Shown here: one piece after another, positions 18,975-31,192 of the stretch
How positions within the stretch are numbered: position 1 is the first letter of the stretch
Layout: each line of letters opens with the position of its first letter
Assembly: GCF_000400465.1 (NCBI RefSeq)
Contig: NW_008806277.1
Span: 510,001 to 542,000 of the forward strand
Reading direction: 5' to 3'
Source: Wallemia ichthyophaga EXF-994
Taxonomy: Eukaryota; Fungi; Basidiomycota
DNA: 32,000 bases
Program-made: the position numbers and the translations under genes
The notes under the pieces: generated by a model
What the model saw: the letters and a program-made list of their open reading frames with translations, nothing else
What the model was told of the DNA's origin: nothing
Database searches by the model: none

Positions 18975-21900
18975 ATGCAAGTGCGCAACAATTTGGAGGA
19001 TTTGAGACGCAGACTGGGGCGTCCAGAGGCGTCATCCACGCCACTGTCTTCGTCGAAAGTGCCTATCAAAATCGACGACGACGAGCCCGTGGCGAGCAGC
19101 GGGAGCGGGAGCGTGAGCAGCAAAATAAACAAGGCGAACAAGGTTTGTATAGGCAGGAGCTAAGAACAATTACACTAATATTCATCATAGTTCAAGCCAG
19201 CAGCAGTTACATCTCCCGCAAGTTCCGGCGATCACCATCCAGTTGCGTCGACATCGAGGGCAGTGCCCGACTCGCAACAGAAGCGTGCACCGTCTTCGAC
19301 GCCAGCGCAAGAGCCATCTAATAAGCGTTCACGCCAACAAACCCAACAAATCCAGCACTCCCAGCCGTATCTGCCCAAAGCCTCGAATGGAACTATCACC
19401 TACGCTGACGACTCGGATGATCTTATAAATGATACCTTTACAGGAGATGTCCTGAATGGCTTGGACAGTCAGGAGCCGCTGCCCAAACCCGTGGAGAAGC
19501 TGGAGAAACAAGAGGCGCCTATGAGGAAGGTCCGGCAGTATAATACAGACCTCGATTCGCTCGAGATGCCCGTAATACAAAACATGCTTTGCACAACGCT
19601 AAAGAAGAAGGACGCGGTTATGCAGGAGCTGCTGTCGTTCTATGAAGATGATATTGTTGATGGCACTGTCGATCGCGATTATCTGCGCAGTGAGCAGCAG
19701 CGACTGCAAGACCGAATTGAAAGTCTAGAGAATGCACTCGGCCGAGTGAAGAAAGTAAACGGTGTAAGCAGTACGGCAGCGAGTATGCATGGAAGCTCAC
19801 AAAGCAATGCACCTTCAAAGCAAGTACGGCAAGAATGGCAAGTACGGCAAGAAAGACAAGAAGAACAAGAGCCGGTGGACGTAGACTCATCACCCGTCGC
19901 AACCAAGCGTCCAGCAATGTCTCTGCGGAGAGAGCCCCTTGGAAGTGTAACAAACGAAGATCCACCAGCTTTGAGTAGGTCAAAATCTTCTATCATGCCC
20001 TTTGCAGACAATATGATGGACCTCGATGGCGTCGACCTGCAAAGCCCAATACTGTCAGACGAAGATGTGGCAACTTCCAAACATATGCAAGTTTTGCGGA
20101 ATGCACCGCAGATACAAGAATGTAGCGATATACCCGACGAAGACGATGTCAGTATCATGGAGCCATCTCCAAAGCCAACTAACCCACCGCCACCTGCTCC
20201 GAAGGCGGAAGATTATCCTAGATATACATGGTCCAGAGACGTAGAGAAGGTTATGCATGATATGTTCAAACTGAATGCATTCCGTAAAAACCAACGAGAG
20301 GCTATAGATGCGACGCTTGATGGTAGAGACGTGTTCGTTCTGATGCCAACGGGTGGTGGTAAGTCTGTCTGCTACCAAATACCTGCATGTGTCGATTTAG
20401 GAAAAACGCGTGGTGTCTCGATAATTGTATCACCGTTATTGTCTCTTATTCAGGACCAGGTGCAGCACTTGGTCTCAAGAGACATTCCGTCATACGCCTA
20501 CTCTGGTGCGACAGCGCTTCCCGACAAGAGAGCCATCCAGGATGACTTGCGGCGACCTAAACCAGTAACGAGACTGCTGTACGTCACACCTGAAATGCTT
20601 GGACAGAGTGGCGCTTTCAAGGATATTCTTCAGCAGCTGCACGCCAAGAGCCAACTTGCTAGGTTTGTCGTAGACGAAGCTCACTGTGTCAGTCAATGGG
20701 GTCATGATTTCAGGCCGGACTACACGAATCTCGGACAACTGAGAGACGAGTTCCCAGGAGTGCCGTTTATGGCTCTCACAGCGACTGCCAACGAGCGCGT
20801 TAAGACAGACATCAAGAGCAGTCTCAAGATGAGGGGCTGCGTCGAGCTGAAATCATCCTTCAACCGCAAGAATCTCTTTTACGAAATAAAACCGAAGCAC
20901 GGAAAGCAAGTCTACGCTGATATACAAAAACTCATCAACAGTAAGTTCAAAGGACAGACGGGAATCATATATTGCTCGTCCAAACGCTCATGTGAAGATG
21001 TAGCAAGCAAGCTAAAGCAAGAGTACGGTTTACCTGCTCAACACTACCATGCAGGACTGAGTCGTGAAGATCGCACTAAAATACAATTGAACTGGCAAAA
21101 AAATAGGTTTTTGATCATTTGTGCGACTGTTGCCTTTGGTATGGGTATTGACAAGCCAGATGTCAGATTCGTGATTCACTTTTCACTGCCTCAGTCATTG
21201 GAGGGTTACTATCAAGAGACTGGAAGAGCTGGAAGAGATGGCGAACACAGTCATTGTGTGCTTTACTTTGCGTACAAAGATACGACGACAATCAACTTTC
21301 TGATCGACAACGGCGACGGTACACACGAGCAGAAGGCAACACAGAGATCAAACCTCAGACAAGTCGTACAATTCTGCCTGAACAAGACAGACTGCAGAAG
21401 AACACAAGTGCTTAACTACTTTGGTGAACAGTTTGATCCGAGGAAGTGCCACAAGACGTGTGATAACTGCTTTGAAGGCGTTGGTACAGAGAAGCAAGAT
21501 GTTACAGAAGAGTCCAAGAATGCGGTGTCTTTAGTGAAGGAGGTGTTTAAAGATGGCGTGACGATGCTGCACTGCGTTGATGCGTTCAAAGGATCAGGCG
21601 CTGCCAGAATCAGAGACAAGGGGCACGACAAGATACCTTCATTCGCCAAAGGCTCACACATGGAGAAGGGAGATGTGGAGCGGCTTTTTCAGCTTCTGTG
21701 GACTGAGCAGGTGCTTGGTGAACGCTACGAGCAGAACAAGCAAGGCTTCACCAATGCATACATCAAGCTCGGCTCGCAGTACCAGCAAGTGTTGAATGGG
21801 AAAAAGAAAATCTTCATGACAGTTGGGAAAATGAGCCAGCGCAAGACGAATGGTGGTAGTGGTGTCGGAGCAAGAACGTCGAGGAAATCTCGCCAAGAGG

Positions 21901-22671
21901 AAACTGATGAGGAGGAGATTGATTCAGACGATGACCACGACGAGAGCTTCGTGCAAAGCACTGCGAAAAATGGAGGATTCACGACGTTCAAGCATCGGTC
22001 TAGACAGAACCAGCAGAATCGCATCGATGTTGCTGACTCTGATGAAGAGATTGACTTGACGGGTGGGGATACAGCTATCCACAGTAATTGCTTGGAGGAT
22101 CTAATGCAGTTGAAGATGAAGGTGGGTTAGTGGAGCTTTAGTGTGAGGAGACTAACAACTATCAGCTTATCAGAAATGGCAAGCCACAGCCGTCGGATGA
22201 TACGCTCGAGACACTATCATTGACGCTGCCAAATTGTAAGTGGTTGTGGTTGGTTGTCAAATAACTAACTTCATTCAAGCTTTGAAAGAGATATTCAATA
22301 CTGAAGGTATTGATGATGACAATTACGATGTGGGGTATCTTGAGGTCACGAAGAAGTACAACAAGACGAAACCAATGAGTCGTAAACCATCGACGTATGC
22401 AGAGTGAGTGGGATGTGCACAATGCATTCAACTTGTTTAGTTGTAGTGCGTCTTGGGTACCCCTTCTTACACAAACAACAGCACGTCATCGTCAGCTATA
22501 ACACCTGGATCACTTGCATCAAAATTCTCATACAAAGTGCCAGACACGAGCTACAACAACAGCATGACATCAAGCAAAAGCACCACGAGCAAATATAATA
22601 AGTCAGACAACAGGAAGTCATCTGGAGGGTCTGGCGGTGGAATCAGAGCAATGGTTCCAGGGAGGAGGTGA
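18975..22671 (+). CDS. SGS1: RecQ helicase (Sgs1/BLM/Rqh1)
   Basis: ATG at 18975, intron 19143-19190. Motifs FRKNQREAI, LMPTGGGKSVCYQ, VVDEAHCVSQWGHDFRPDY, ALTATA, ATVAFGMGIDKPDVRFV, YYQETGRAGRDG, RQC zinc site CRR...CDNC, and a spliced HRDC-like tail. Last exon frame is uncertain. Confidence 0.95.
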
Positions 22672-22923
22672 GATGGTGGAATGAGATAAATTATTGCGCA
22701 TAAAGAAAGAGAATAAAATTATATCATGTATTTGTAGATATGTATAGAAATTTGTAACGATTGTGTTGGAGTTAAAATACGAATTAGTCAGGGTTATATT
22801 GTGTATGGTGTATTGAGTAAATGTATGTTACAGATTGAGAAAAAATGATGTGGTATGAAGTTTTGAACCTTTGTAGTTGAGATTAGAATTTAATACGCGA
22901 AATCAAGACAAGAGCGCGTGTCT

Positions 22924-23891
22924 TTAGTTGAAAATGCTTGAGACGACACCAGCACCAGCACCGAATCCAACCTGTTTAATATGAAGTGGTTAATAAGGAT
23001 AAAATGCCAAACAACAAGACTCACACCACCAGCAAACGAGTTACCCATAGTAGAGCCCAATTTCTTGAACTTGTTGTTTTTCTTTGGATCTTCAGGCTGC
23101 TGGACGTAAGTAGAAGGACCAGCGGCAGGTGGAGCAGGAGGTTGAGGGTATTGCTGGCCAGGTTGAGGATAGCTTTCCGCGTAAGTAGAAGCGCCGTAAG
23201 ATATACCAGGAGGGCCATTGTAGGAAGGAGGTTGAGCATCCTTCTCCTTCTCACCGCCAAATGTAGAGGATGGAGGAGCAGCTGGAGGGAGACTGCGCAG
23301 CTGAGGGTTCGCACCAATTCTCTCTACTCTGTTGCTAGGGAAGAGACCCTCTGCGCCGGTAGATTCACTGCGACCTTTCCACCAATCAGCGTTAACCTCC
23401 TCGATAATGTTGATAGTGTCGCCCTTCATAAGACGCAGATCAGAAGCCTCACCTGAGTAATCCCAGCGCGCAACACACTTTTTCAAAGCTGGGATTGGGG
23501 CGGGCATAGGAGCTTGTGGAGGTGGTGGTGGTGGTGGATGGCTGATTTGCTGTGGCTGGTGGGCGTTGTGGTGGGTGGCTGGGGTTGGATAGACTTGGGG
23601 TGGACCTGGTGGACTTGGTAGAGGAGATTCTTTGTTGTTCTTTTGGCTGAGACTGCCTCGTCTGCTCATCGTTGGTAAGCTCGCCTGGCTGTTAAACGGA
23701 GCCGGCTGGACAGCTAGGCCAGAGGAGGGAACGCCTGATCTTTCAGAGTTAGCGGTGTTGCTGGATGGATTGGACAGCTTGAGCTTGATCAGCCTGGCGT
23801 CGGACGCGTTGAGGACACCTTGAGTCAGCAGGAAATCGACTTGTGCGGATATGTTGTTGATAATGAAATCGAGGTAGGCGTTTTCAGACAT
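22924..23891 (-). CDS. PIN3: SH3-domain protein, Pin3/Lsb1-like, 304 aa
   Basis: join 23891-23025, 22971-22924. SH3 domain CVARWDYSG...DWWKGR...GLFPSNRV flanked by polyproline tracts. C-terminus NSFAGG|VGFGAGAGVVSSIFN* is typical of the family. Confidence 0.8.
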
Positions 23892-24029
23892 ATTCTAATT
23901 TACTGTGTGTGTATGCGTAAGCCTATGAAAAGCTGTTGGTCGTCGTAGTAAAGAATGCATATGCGGCTAGGCTAGCTTCATTCCTACCCGGCACTTAATT
24001 TGAAGGCAGAAATATCGAGGACAGTGATA

Positions 24030-25802
24030 ATGGAGAAGCTAATGAACAAATATTCAGAACGCAGGGAAGAGCTACTGGGATTTGAAAATAAATTTAAACT
24101 CGATTACAGTGAGCAGGATAACATCAAATTTCATCCCGATTACAGTTTCGCCGTGGAATTCGTGGACCGCGTTAGGTGCTATGAGTGGTACAATCTCTGG
24201 TTTAAAGCTCAGCATACAGAAGTAGGGGCCCCATTCCTTGACAGTGAGAATGGCGTTGCGATGGCCGTTCGGCGCTGATATCAGCCTTTAGCCAAAAACA
24301 TAATCGCGAAAACGAAGCTGTTTGAATTAATCAAGAAAATGCCCAAAGGCGGTCTCTTGCACGCCCACACTGATGCATGTGAGTGATGCACTTGCTATAG
24401 TCACATGTCTGACCTTTGGATTACTTTGCAATACAGCCGTGCCATTGGGCGATGTATTCAAAATAGCTCATAAGTACGGTGCATTTATACAAATCAAGTC
24501 CACACATCCTCTCACTCAACACAACATACATTTTGGATTGGCTAAGATTTCGTTCAGGCCAGCTAATCAAGACAAACTGCCTTCTATAGATGCTAGTGTT
24601 ATGCTGACTGAAAGCTACGAAACCGGAACTTGGTGCAACTACAATCAACTCGCTCAACTCGCTCAACACCCCGACAATAACAATATAATACCGTTTATTG
24701 AGAAACAGATGCTGATTACTGCAGAAGAAAGCTACATCACGCACAATACAATGGGCAAGATATGGTCAAAGTTTGGCAGTTGCTTTGGTGTTCTCTCTGG
24801 TCTTATAGCATTCGAACCCATCTGGGAAGAATATATAAAGCGACTTGTGCTGAGATGCGTTGAAGATGGTGTTGGGTATGTAGAAACCAGGTTGCTCTTG
24901 ATCAACGAGTTGTCTTACGACGTTAACTGCAACCTCCGTTTAACGCGTCGTGACTCTATCTTGATTTTCTTACGCGGCGTCGAATCAGCGAAAGATGTAC
25001 TTCGGGAGGAAGGAAGACTGGATAAATTCTATGGCATAAATATTATATACTGCACACTGCGATTCGTCAGTGAAGATGAGTTGTGGAATGCTATGTTAAC
25101 ATGCTTAGACATATACAAGGAGTTCCCAACGCTTATCAAAGGTGGGCGAAGTGTGATGAGGCGAAACATAAACTCATACTGCTTTGCTTATTAGGATTTG
25201 ATTTGGTTGGGCATGAGGAGTCACCCTCCGGACACACACTCAACGACTACCTTGAAACTCTGCTACGCTTCCAGCAAAAGCAAATTGAGGAATTTGGAGA
25301 TATCAAGATACCTTATGTCTTTCATGCAGGAGAGACACTGCACGATGGGAGTATCGTAGATGACAATCTCTATGACGCGCTGTTATTAGGAACGCGAAGG
25401 ATAGGACACGGTTATAGTCTATACAAGCATCCAACTCTTATGCAGATGTGCAAAGAGAAAGGAGTTTGTGTAGAGAGCTGTCCAATCTCAAACGAGGTAT
25501 TGAGATTGACGGGAGGGATTGGAAACCATCCAATCACATGCCTGATAAATCATGGAGTACCGGTGACACTATCCAGTGATGATCCTGCGATATTCCAGAA
25601 CGCCATCTTATCTTATGATTTCTATATGCTAATCAACCACTCAAACAAGACAAATCTTGGGACACTCAAGGTACTGGCAAGGAATTCAATAGAGTACTCG
25701 CTGATGGATGAGGAAGATAAAAGCAGAGTCAAAGGAAAGTGGGAACAAGATTGGGAGGAGTATGTTCGCTGGTTGAGAAGACAGGGAGAAGAGTGGAAAT
25801 GA
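24030..25802 (+). CDS. Adenosine deaminase, ADA2/ADGF-like type, no signal peptide, 537 aa
   Basis: Four exons (introns 24244-24291, 24379-24436, 25142-25194), 1614 nt in frame. Motifs MPKGGLLHAH, GFDLVGHEE, FHAGET, RIGHG, CPISNEVLRL, SSDDPA. Confidence 0.9.
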
Positions 25803-25907
25803 GAGGACAACAAGGAATAAAGAGGCCTACATTCATGTACAGCTGGATTGTAAATATTTCATTTTGTAAATACACTCAAACGTATCTTGGTTCAAACAGT
25901 CAAGATA

Positions 25908-27714
25908 ATGTCAGTGGCAGCAGCACCACCACCACAGCCAGCGGGCGTGGATGTAAACAGCAGCTCCTTCAAGGATAAGGTGGGATTTCATTTGCTACCA
26001 GCGTGTACATTTCTCATGATCAACTCCAGGGCAAGCCAATGGAAGGTTAGCGAAGGGAGTTTAGATTGGTTGTAAATTGCTGACGGTGAATTTAGTACGC
26101 TTGTCTAATATGACAGCAGCGAAGAGTGTGTACTAGCCAATTGAATCCACTTAACTCTAACACCTCCCAGCAATTTCCTCAGTCGTTAGATCTTCACTCG
26201 GTCCAAGAGGTCTTGATAAGATGGTGAGCTTAGCTTCTGCTTATTAGCATACTCTTGCTAATTCGCCCACTCAGATTCAAACTTCAAACGGCGAAGTCAT
26301 TGTCACAAATGACGGTGCAACCATTCTCAACCACATGGCAGTTCTCCACCCAGCAGCGCGTATGCTCGTTGAACTCTCAAAAGCTCAAGATGTCGAAGCA
26401 GGTGATGGTACAACATCAGTCGTTGTTTTGGCAGGCAGCTTGTTAGGCGCGGCTGAGAAGATGTTGGGTAAAGGTATACACCCAACTATCATTGCAGAAT
26501 CATTTCAATCAGCTGCTGCAAAAGCTGTTCAAGTTTTAGAAGAAATTTCCATACCAGTTCAGTTAGATGACAGAGACGCGTTGTTGAGAGCTGCTACTAC
26601 CTCTCTTAACTCGAAGATTGTCTCTCAGTACTCCAACGTACTCGCTCCAATCGCTGTCGATGCTGTCAGGAAATTAGCTTCCGAGGAGTCCACTAACGTT
26701 GATTTGCGCAACATTCGCACCGTAAAGAAGGTCGGTGGTACTATCGATGACACTGAACTCGTTGATGGTCTCGCTCTTGAGCAACCTGTTGTTACTTCTG
26801 CAGGTGGTCCAACTAGAGTAGAAAAAGCAAAAATTGGTTTGATTCAGTTCCAGTTGTCGTCACCAAAACCAGATATGGATAACAAGATTGTTGTCAACGA
26901 TTACAGACAGATGGACAAGATTCTCAAGGAGGAGCGTCAATATTTGTTGAACATGTGCAAGAAGATTAAGAAGACAGGTTGTAATGTCTTGTTAGTGCAA
27001 AAGTCTATTCTGAGAGATGCTGTCAATGATCTCTCCCTGCACTTCCTCTCAAAGTTGAAAATTATGGTTGTCAAGGACGTTGAAAGGGATGAGATTGACT
27101 TTATTTCAAAGTCTACTGGATGTAAACCAATTGCAGACATTGAACACTTTAGTGAAGATAAATTAGGACAGGCAGATTTGATTGACGAAGTGCACAAGAA
27201 TGGTGCTAAATTTGTCAAGATTTCAGGTCTCAAGAATCCAGGTAAGACAGTATCGATACTTTGCACTGGTGCAAACAACCTCGTACTTGAAGAGTCACAA
27301 CGTTCATTACACGACGCTTTGTGTGTTGTTAGATGTTTAGTCAAAAAGAGATTCCTCATAGCCGGAGGTGGTGCACCAGAGATCCACATTAACAGAAAAC
27401 TAAGTGAAATCGCCCAGACGCTCAAAGGGATGGAAGCATACTGCTACCATGCTTTTGCTGAGGCTTTGGAGGTTATACCAACAACACTGGCTGAAAACGC
27501 TGGTCTGAACCCTATAGCTATAGTAACGGAATTGAGAAACCGTCAAGCAAAGGGTGAGATTACGACTGGTATTAATGTAAGAAAGGGTATGGTTAGCGAC
27601 ATTAAGCAGGAAAACGTACTTCAACCACTCTTGGTCACTACAAATGCACTTGAGCAAGCTACTGAGACTGTTTCACTTTTGTTGCGTATTGATGACTATA
27701 GCATTAGTCGTTAG
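25908..27714 (+). CDS. CCT4: Chaperonin CCT/TRiC subunit delta
   Basis: Spliced N-terminus SFKDK|GKPME|[10 protein letters not shown]|...[10 protein letters not shown]|[18 protein letters not shown], then [44 protein letters not shown]. Four short 5' introns. Confidence 0.97.
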
Positions 27715-27803
27715 ATGGTGTTTTTAAGATTTACATTTTGTTATACATTCTATTCAATAAACAAAAAGCAAATTATATTATTACATAATTATCATTACAT
27801 GAG

Positions 27804-29901
27804 TTAATCTGATAAATAAGCAAGTCTGCGAGGAGGTGGAGATTGACTGGAGGTGGGTGATGCGACGGATGAAGGCGATGAAAAGGAGATTGAGTGGGCT
27901 TGTGAGGGTGGAGAGCCATTTGATTGGCTGCCTGCATCGGCATCGCTCTCATCACTTTCCTGTTCACTTTCTTCCTGCGGTGGATCATATAACCTTGCTT
28001 TGGTGGTAGCGGCGTTGGCACTGGTATTAGTAACAACTTTGGAATTACCCTCGACTGGCTCAGGTATGCGTATCTGAGTGAAAAAGAGCTTAAGGTGTGA
28101 GTTACCGATATTGCGTATCTTGTACTGATTCATGCGCGGTATGTAGAAACTACCACCAAGACTAATATTAAATTCATGGCTTTGATTCAATCCTACTCTT
28201 GCAGCACCATCAATAATGTAGAAAACGTAGCAGTTATCATTAGATTCCTTATATGGCTTCTCCTTACCTTTATCAATGACCATCACACCAGAGGCCATAT
28301 GCTCAGGTTCTTGGAATATCTTCTTGAACTCGTATTCTTTTTTCAAATCGTCAATCTTTAAGTGTTTTTCCCTATATGCAATATCCCTTTTGATAGTCTT
28401 GCCTGATTTATTCTTGACGGGGTAGGATGTGGTTGTGTATTTTTCTAGTGTCTTGTGCAGCTCTATCTCCTTTTGTTTGTTGTTCCTAGCGGCAGATTGT
28501 GCAGCACGCTTCTTACGCTCTTTTAGTGATGTTTGGGTTTGCTGTGTTGATTGTACTACTGGTGGTGGTGCGATAATATTCCCAGCAAAGTCAGTCCGCT
28601 CGAGCGCCCATTCTGCCAGTGGTCGGTGACGGGGACGAGAGGAGCGACGTAGAGCATCTGCTTCATCGTTGGTTTTATTTGAGGTGGTCTTGGTGACGTT
28701 TTTGGAAGTTTCACGAGTGTCAATCTGCCTCCGTTTCTTTTTGTCTATTTTTGCATCTTCTTTTTTCCTGCTTTCCTCCTGGATGTTATTTTCAGAGTCA
28801 GATTCGAGCATATTATCCACGCCATTAGCATATCCGAGTTCAGGTTCAGGTTCAGGCTGATATTCCTGATCGAGAATGATAGAATCGTCATCGCCACCAT
28901 CATTGATGTGGATAGGGGCGCGTGGGGGTGATGGGGAATATTGCTGGTCGTATTGATCAAGTTGCTCGGGTTGCATAGGGTGTTCAGGCTGTTCAACAGT
29001 ACTTTCATCACCTTGCTTTCTTTTACCCTTGCTGTGTCTACGTATACGATCTAAATATTCTTTCTCGTGGTCTTCATGATCAGATGGATCCATGGGGGTT
29101 GGTCTGCGCTCTCTAATTTTTTCACCACTCGTCCTTCTATCCTTGCGTTGGTCGGTGGGAGAGTTTTCAGAGTGAGGTTTCCGTTTCTTGGAGGAGGAAG
29201 TGGCACTTTTATCTTTTTTGTCTGTTTTATCTGATTTGTCTTTTTTATCCTTTTTGACTTTTTTATTAGCAGTACTTGTATCAAAGTTCCTTTTGCGAGA
29301 CTTTTCAACCTCTCTACGCTCCTCATCAGCTGCATGTTCTTCATCCTGCTGCTGCTGAATGATCCGATCGTGTTCCATTCTGCGTACGCGCTGGCGACGT
29401 TCATTGAGCTCATTGTCTTGATCTTGGTGAGAGAGCTGTCTACTATCTCTGTCCCTTATCGGTGGTTGGAGGGGCTGTGAAGAGGGAATTTTGTTGTAAA
29501 ATTGGTAAGTATGAAACTCAGAATCAGAATCAGCATCTTGAGCATCTTGTGCCTCACGAAGAAGACGTGAAGTGAGGAGAGAGTGTCTGGGTTTGCGATT
29601 GGAGTGTTTCATTAACGATCTTGGAGTGACTTGTTCGCTGTTGACGATATCCATGGTGGAGTTATTGTTGTTGTTGCTACCACTAGCACTAGCACTATCA
29701 GCACCACCACTACCACCACCGCCATTGAAACCCTCTGAAAAGAATTCATCTAGGTTCTCCAATCCATCGTCATCCTTTGTGACGCTGCCAACGCGAATAC
29801 CAGTCTTTCTGTAGGTGAATGATTAGACGGATATAGATATATTTATTAGGGAGTACACACCTCCCAACAACACCGATATCATCATATTTAAATTTAGACA
29901 T
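27804..29901 (-). CDS. MIF2: Inner kinetochore protein CENP-C/Mif2, 681 aa
   Basis: join 29901-29861, 29808-27804 (2046 nt). N-terminus MSKFKYDDIGVVGR|KTGIR...DGLENLDEFF; CENP-C motif RRSSRPRHRPLAEWALER; C-terminal cupin FKKIFQEPEHMASGVM...VFYIIDGAARV...GSFYIPRMNQYKIRN. Confidence 0.88.
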
Positions 29902-29905
29902 GATA

Positions 29906-29927
29906 AAAATAAATTTAAATTTATTTT
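29906..29927. repeat. Perfect 22-bp all-AT palindrome AAAATAAATTTAAATTTATTTT followed by (TTTA)n
   Basis: Read directly, within the 92-bp gap between the divergent MIF2 and SLM3 start codons. Confidence 0.85.
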
Positions 29928-29993
29928 ATTTATTTATTTATTTATTCTCAGTTGATGGTTTATATTCAAGTTGGTTGATAATCTACACACGCT

Positions 29994-31186
29994 ATGTTGG
30001 GTAGACTGAGCAGCGCAACCAATCAAAATAAGCGAGGTGGATATTGATTGATTATCTGGAATAATCCACTCACAACCCACTCACAGCCATTATTGCAATG
30101 TCTGGTGGCGTTGATTCTTCCGTGGCTGCTGCTCTACTATCCCAGCAATCTAGCTACACTGTACAACCAGTATTCATGCGTAATTGGGATACACGCGATG
30201 AATACACACACTCCACTCCCGGTGGTGTTAAAGGTTGTGAATGGGAGATTGACTATGCCAATGCAAAAGCTGTATGCACTCATCTAAATCTCCCTCAACC
30301 CCAGCTAGTTGATTTATCTAGCGAATATTGGCTTCGTGTTTTCTCTCCCAGTCTCGATATTTGGCGTAATGGTCAAACTCCAAATCCTGATATCGCATGC
30401 AATCGTCATATTAAATTTGATGCTTTGGCACATAAAGTTTTGAAAGGCGATGATGACGTACTTGTTACTGGTCATTACGCACAGGTGGACACACTTACTG
30501 GCACTCTAAGCAGAGCCGTTGATAGAAATAAAGATCAAAGTTACTACCTTTCTGCCGTCAACAAAAACATACTAAATAGGGTCCTTCTCCCACTCGGATC
30601 ACTTCATAAACAACACACGCGCTTTTTAGCTCACTCACTCAACCTCCCTAATGCCAATAGAGATGAGAGTATGGGTATTTGCTTCATTGGAGAGCGTCGT
30701 CATTTTGGTAGTTGGTTGGATGACTATATTCACACCAAAAAAGGCCTCTTCATCACCCCACACGGCCATTCCCTCGGTGAGCACAACGGTTTACATCACT
30801 ATACTATAGGGCAGAAGGCACGCATTGGTGGTGTACCGAAGAAATTATATGTCGCAGCCAAAAAAGGTAATGACGTCGTCGTAGTAGACTCACCACAACA
30901 TAACCTCCTTAAATGCAAAACAATAATCACACATGCTGACATTAACTGGTTGGTTTCCATGGATCATCTCCCAAACACCCCTTTCGAGGCTACTGCACAG
31001 GTGAGACATAGACAGCTTGAAAGTAGGTGTACTGTACAAGTAGAGCATGACCATTTGATGGTCACTTATCAACATTTTGAAATGGCAGTCGCACCTGGAC
31101 AAACATGCGCCATTTACATGGGTGATGTGTGTATCGCGAGTGCGACAATAGACAAAACAATTAGTGTGGATGGGATATTACATTAA
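29994..31186 (+). CDS. SLM3: Mitochondrial tRNA-specific 2-thiouridylase (MnmA/Mtu1/Slm3)
   Basis: join(29994..30036,30087..31186). MLGRLSSATNQNKR|AIIAMSGGVDSSVAA (PP-loop), FMRNWD, TPNPDIACN, TGHYA, KDQSYYL, ESMGICFIG, VAPGQ. Confidence 0.95.
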
Positions 31187-31192
31187 ATTTTA

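Noticed and set aside
19821-19856. 18-bp tandem duplication in SGS1 (QVRQEW/QVRQER)
   Set aside because: In-frame slippage in a disordered linker; unremarkable.
26125-26223. Slightly divergent CCT4 N-terminal helix ([21 protein letters not shown])
   Set aside because: Substitutions are mostly conservative and the ATP-binding GDGTTS and LGPRG motifs are intact.
26937-27425. Long antisense ORFs within CCT4, and similar ones within SGS1, MIF2 and the oxidase
   Set aside because: Expected shadow ORFs from codon bias, with no independent motifs or splice signals.
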